Assembly (NCBI RefSeq): GCF_009914755.1
Contig: NC_060942.1
Reading direction: 5' to 3' (one strand)
DNA: 64,000 bases
DNA from: the human T2T-CHM13v2.0 reference genome, Homo sapiens
The notes under the pieces: generated by a model
The model's input: only the letters and a program-made list of their open reading frames with translations
Database searches by the model: none
What the model was told of the DNA's origin: nothing
Shown here: positions 58,907 to 64,000 of the stretch, piece by piece
Layout: every line of letters starts with the position of its first letter
Numbering within the stretch: the stretch's first letter is position 1
Program-made: the position numbers and the translations under genes

Positions 58907-59640
58907 TAGGTGTAATGCAAACGGGTACTAAGTAAGTTATAAATTCATAAAATATGACTTTTTATCTATAGAAGTAAGACATAAAAATCAAGGAAATAAT
59001 GATTATCTTTCAAAGGATTCCTTTAAAGTAAAATTTATTCATGGACTTTTAAAAGAATTATACCTTTTTATTCATTTACTTAATAGCTGATCCATTTAAC
59101 AAATATGAAGTTAATGCTCCACGCCTAGCCCTAGGGGCACCAAGCCCTGTAGGGTACAGCCCACCACTAGCACAGTGGGCAAGAGCATATTTGCTGGAAA
59201 GGGGAAGGTGATGGTGAGTGCTGTGTCCTCTCCACTGGATCCTGTGCCGTGAACCTCAGCGCCAGCACAGGTGTCCTGTCCACATACATCCCTCGAAGGG
59301 ACACTGGGTGACAGCAGAGTGTGACATTGTCAGTGAGCTACAGCGGGCCTACAGTTGCTGAGAGATAGGGCATCTAAATCAGATTGGAGGGAAAAGGAAG
59401 ACGAATCAAGAAAATCTTCCAAGAGGAGGTGACACAGATATTTTCAGGAATACATACACTATACAAGACACATGCACACAGAACTGACCCAAAACGATCC
59501 TCGAGTTGGGCAGAGGCTAGCCTAGTAAGCTGAGAAAGAGGAAGGACAGAAAAACAGCTATCTATAATAAGTAATCAAACTTCACAGAATTATAACTTCA
59601 GAGATCAAGAAACATTTCAAAAAGTTAATCTTAAATTTCA

Positions 59641-59991
<351 letters not shown>

Positions 59992-60433
59992 TCAATATAA
60001 ATATATATAGCTACACCAAGGTATACCTTCTGCACTTAATACAAAGGAGGGTAACTTGCAAGTGTTCTTCAAAGGCAACAGAATTCCCAAATAAGCTCCA
60101 TGGCAACCAACTCTTCGAAATAAATGGAGCATCTGCCCAGACTTTAAGTGGGGTTACTAACATGGTCTTATTAAAGACAACCCCCAAAGAAGTAGTTCTG
60201 ATGAGAGAAGAATCACCTAAAAATCCTGGAAAACTGTGAAATGTAAACATAAATGATAGTTCAAAGATGGGAATGGCACTCTTTGATACAAAGGGGTTCT
60301 TTATGCTAAAATCCTACCAAAGGTCAATGCATTGAATGTTAATACCCTAAACCACTGCTTCATCAAGATAAGTATAAATGTGTACAAAAGGAATGAATCA
60401 AAAATAAAAATAAAAATAAAAATAAAGATAAAA

Positions 60434-60730
60434 AGCCAGGTGTGGTGGCTCACAACTGTAATCCCAGCACTTTGGGAGGCGGAGGCAGGTGGATTACCTG
60501 AAGTCAGGAGTTCAAGACCAGCCTGGCCAACATAGTGAATCCCTGCCTCTACTAGAAATACAAAAATTAGCTGGGCATGGTGGTGGAAGCCTATAATCCC
60601 AGCTACTCTGGAGACTGAGGCAGGAGAATCGCGTGAACTGGGGTGGGGACAAAGGTTGCAGTGAGTCAAGATCATACGACTGCACTACAGCCTGGGCGAC
60701 AGAGCGAAACCCCACCTCAAAAAAAAAAGA
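60434..60730 (+). mobile_element. Alu (S-like)
   Basis: Full dimer. Confidence 0.88.
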
Positions 60731-60902
60731 AAATGAATGAGTCATGCAAAAACTAGTGAGTTACTAATAGTTTTTTAAAAATCTGGCCAAACTGATAAAG
60801 GCCTGTTTGAGAATATAATGTATAGCCCTGCACCCAGGGACAGAACACAGTGAACCACAGGCAGCACAGTCAACAGTCTACAAAATATTATATTTGAAAT
60901 TA

Positions 60903-61028
<126 letters not shown>

Positions 61029-62070
61029 CTATAAAAACAAAAAAACAAATATCCTAAGAATGTAGTGAAACTAAAAGGTTCAATTCACTAAACGGTTCAA
61101 CTTTTTAAGAATTTTCCAGAAATACTGAAAATTTATAAATTAAAGAATAAACAATAATAAAAGACTGGCTTTAATAATGGTGGTGATTAAATGTCACTCA
61201 TTGAGAACACTTGGCAATTCTTGGCAAATAAGCATTTCTTTAGCAGCAATATCTCAGTGGCTCTAAAATTATAAACTCAAAAAACAGAATGAAAAACCTA
61301 TTTGAAAACGTAATCCTTTTTAAAATAAATATGCATTATTTCCCTCTTCCTCTATTTCCTAGGTATTTTAGCTCCCTATTCCCAAATTTAAAACTACTGT
61401 GAAACAGGGATAAGAGCTAAAGTTTACTGGGCATGTACTAAGTACCAGGCATTGTTCTGGGCCCTTCAGATGCATTAGTTCATTCAATCCTGAGGACCAT
61501 CCTAAGAAGCAGGTGCCATCACTGGGGGTGATGTTCAAAATCCGAGCACCGCACCCCACTGTGCAACTGGAACAGATGCGCCTTGCTGTGCCAGGCACTC
61601 CCTCTTTATTCTCTAGAGCTGCAGAGACCCAGAGGGCCCAGCACAGGGACACCTCAGGGGCCAGGTCAAGGCTATTCTACCAATCAGCACATAATTATTT
61701 CCTATTGTACTCGTGTCTACTGACTGAATATGAGCCCTGACTCCTGTTTCCATTCTACAGATGACAAAACTTGCTCATGGTCACACATGAAATAAGAGGC
61801 TGGGATCTGAACCCAGACAGTCTGGCTCCTGAACCAGTGTCCTAACCACAATGTCACACTGCCTTTACACAACCATGAGGACACTGATTTTAACAGCTCA
61901 CATTTATGGAGTTTACTAGCTAGAAGACCCCATTTCAAGCACTGTGCATGTATTAGCTCCATTTTATAGTACAAAAAAACTTTGTTTCTCCTCTAACCTG
62001 CAATCATCTTTTTTTAGAAAAGTATTTTTTAAATCAAAACAGTAAGTCTATCATATAAAACTCATTAGAG

Positions 62071-62646
62071 AGGCTGGGCACAGTGGCCAGTAATCCCAGC
62101 ACTTTGGGAAGCCCAGGTGGCAGATCACCTGAGGTGAGGAGTTTGAGACCCCCCTGGCCACCATGGTCTCAAACTGTCTCTACTAAAACTACAAAAATTA
62201 GCTAGGCATGGTGGCACCCACCTATAGGCCCAGCTACTTGGGAGGCATGAACCTGGGAGGCACAGGTTGCAGTGAGCCAAGATTGTGCCACTGCATTCCA
62301 GTCTGGGCAACAGAGCGAGACTCCATTTCAAAATAAAAAACAAGGCCGGGTGCAGTGGCTCACGCCTGTAATTCCAACACTTTGGGAGGCCAAGGCGGGT
62401 GGATCACAAGGTCAGGAGCTCAAGACGAGCCTGGTCAAGATGGTGAAACCCCGTCTCTACTAAAAATACAAAAAATTAGCCAGGCATGGTGGCAGGCACC
62501 AGCAATCCCAGCTACTTGGGAGGCTGAGGCAGAGAACTTCTTGAACCTGGGAGGCGGAAGTTGCAGTGAGCCAAGATCGCGCCACTGCACTCCAGCCTGG
62601 GCGACAAAGTCAGACTCAGTCTCAAAAAACAAACAAAAAAACAAAA
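62071..62646 (+). mobile_element. Two tandem Alus
   Basis: Consecutive dimers. Confidence 0.88.
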
Positions 62647-62944
62647 CCTCATAGAGAGCAACAAGTCATCGCATATCCTTCCAACCAGTGTTACTGAGTG
62701 AGGAACATTACTTTGGTATTTCTCTCCAAGTATCTAAAAATAAAAGATGAAGAGTAAGTTTTATATTATATAACAACATAACAGTATTTGGTAAATTATT
62801 CACCAACAAAGATACAAAATTCACATGGTTACAAAGCCCCAAAACCTGCTCAGAATAGATTAACCACAGAGGATGGAACATTCCCCAACTCAGCCCCTGC
62901 TATCAACTGGGCAATGGGCCAAACGCCTGGCTCCCATCACAGAA

Positions 62945-63112
62945 GCAGTGTGAACCCAGGACCAGCAGCATAGTGCCACCCAGCAGCATGTTAGAAATGC
63001 AGATTCTCAGAACACAATCTAGATAAGAACCTCTGTGGGGATGGGGTCCCAGGACTCAAGTTTTAATAGCTTTCTAGACAATTTTTATGCACACTAAAAT
63101 TTGAAAACCACG
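62945..63112. mobile_element. MER5A-like hAT-Charlie element
   Basis: CCAGGACCAGCAGCAT...TTAGAAATGCAGATTCTCAG...TTTGAAAACCAC. Confidence 0.6.
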
Positions 63113-64000
63113 ACTGACTCACCCTATCTCATTTAAGCATTAAGCCCTTCTCTACTGTCACAGAGAAGGTAAGCCATCTACTAGTCAAGAGTAGAACTGA
63201 TGTAAGGCTAAAGGCTGTGTGTGTGCAGCACTGCACAGTGATTAATACTGCTGCTCCATTCACAGCAAGACACTGAAAATCTGTTTCTGAAAGCTCAAAA
63301 CAAGAAGTCTTTAGTAAGCAGGTAATATACATTCGCTGTAAAAACTTGGGATATGCACATACAGAAAGCAAAGACATCCATAACCCCAACATTCAGACAC
63401 AAACAACATCAGCATTTCAGGCCTGTCCCTCAAGACTGTATAATGCCACCTTTACAATCTTGAAATACAATTTTGAAAAGAAATCAATATAAACCTTAAC
63501 TGTAATATAAAAGAGAAATACAAAGAAAGCACTTTATATACAATGGTATGAATTTCAACACATAAATGCTTGTGCATGCCAACACTGGAAAACAAGTTCC
63601 CGCCAATGTCAAAATCACCCGTAGGGACGGCACTGCCCCCAAGGACAACTGCTCAGCCGGAAACAGAACAGGGAACAAGGATTCCCTGTTAACCCTGTGC
63701 CTGACATGGGCCGCTGGGCTATTTCTCATTTTTTGCTACGTATAGACAATGTGTGAGAGGACGTCCTTGCAGAGACATCCCACACACATCCCTACTTTCT
63801 CCCTAGGCTTCCCTCCTAGAAGCAGAGGGATGGGTGTGTGTGTGCTTCCCACAGTGCTGGAACACACGTTGCCTACCGGCCTCATGAGAAAGTGCCAACT
63901 TAATTCCCAGCACTAAAGTCTGAGGATAAAGCACGGTTATTAATAGGCATTGCATCACTAGGTAGAGGGAATGGGAAATCAAGACAATTAAAATACCTTC

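Overview
Human (primate) genomic DNA that I recognise as the TUBB6 / AFG3L2 locus (18p11.21 from memory). The + strand carries the complete 4-exon TUBB6 gene (class V beta-tubulin, CDS 9311-9367, 9705-9813, 11955-12065, 26083-27146; 446 aa) behind a CpG-island promoter. The - strand carries the last 11 coding exons (7-17) of AFG3L2, the mitochondrial m-AAA protease; its 5' end lies beyond the window. The genes converge tail-to-tail with about 2.4 kb between poly(A) signals. The rest is Alu-dense intronic or intergenic DNA with old L1, MIR, Tigger, HSMAR2 and ERV1-LTR remnants and a U6 retrocopy. I found no wholly new biological system. The most notable structures are two candidate + strand terminal exons lying antisense over AFG3L2 exons 17 and 14 (possible truncated TUBB6 isoforms), a strong CTCF-like motif between the genes, inverted Alus bracketing AFG3L2 exons 11-12, a ~475 bp AT-only tract and a tight G4 motif inside an Alu. 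Repeat boundaries and subfamily names are approximate, read by eye.
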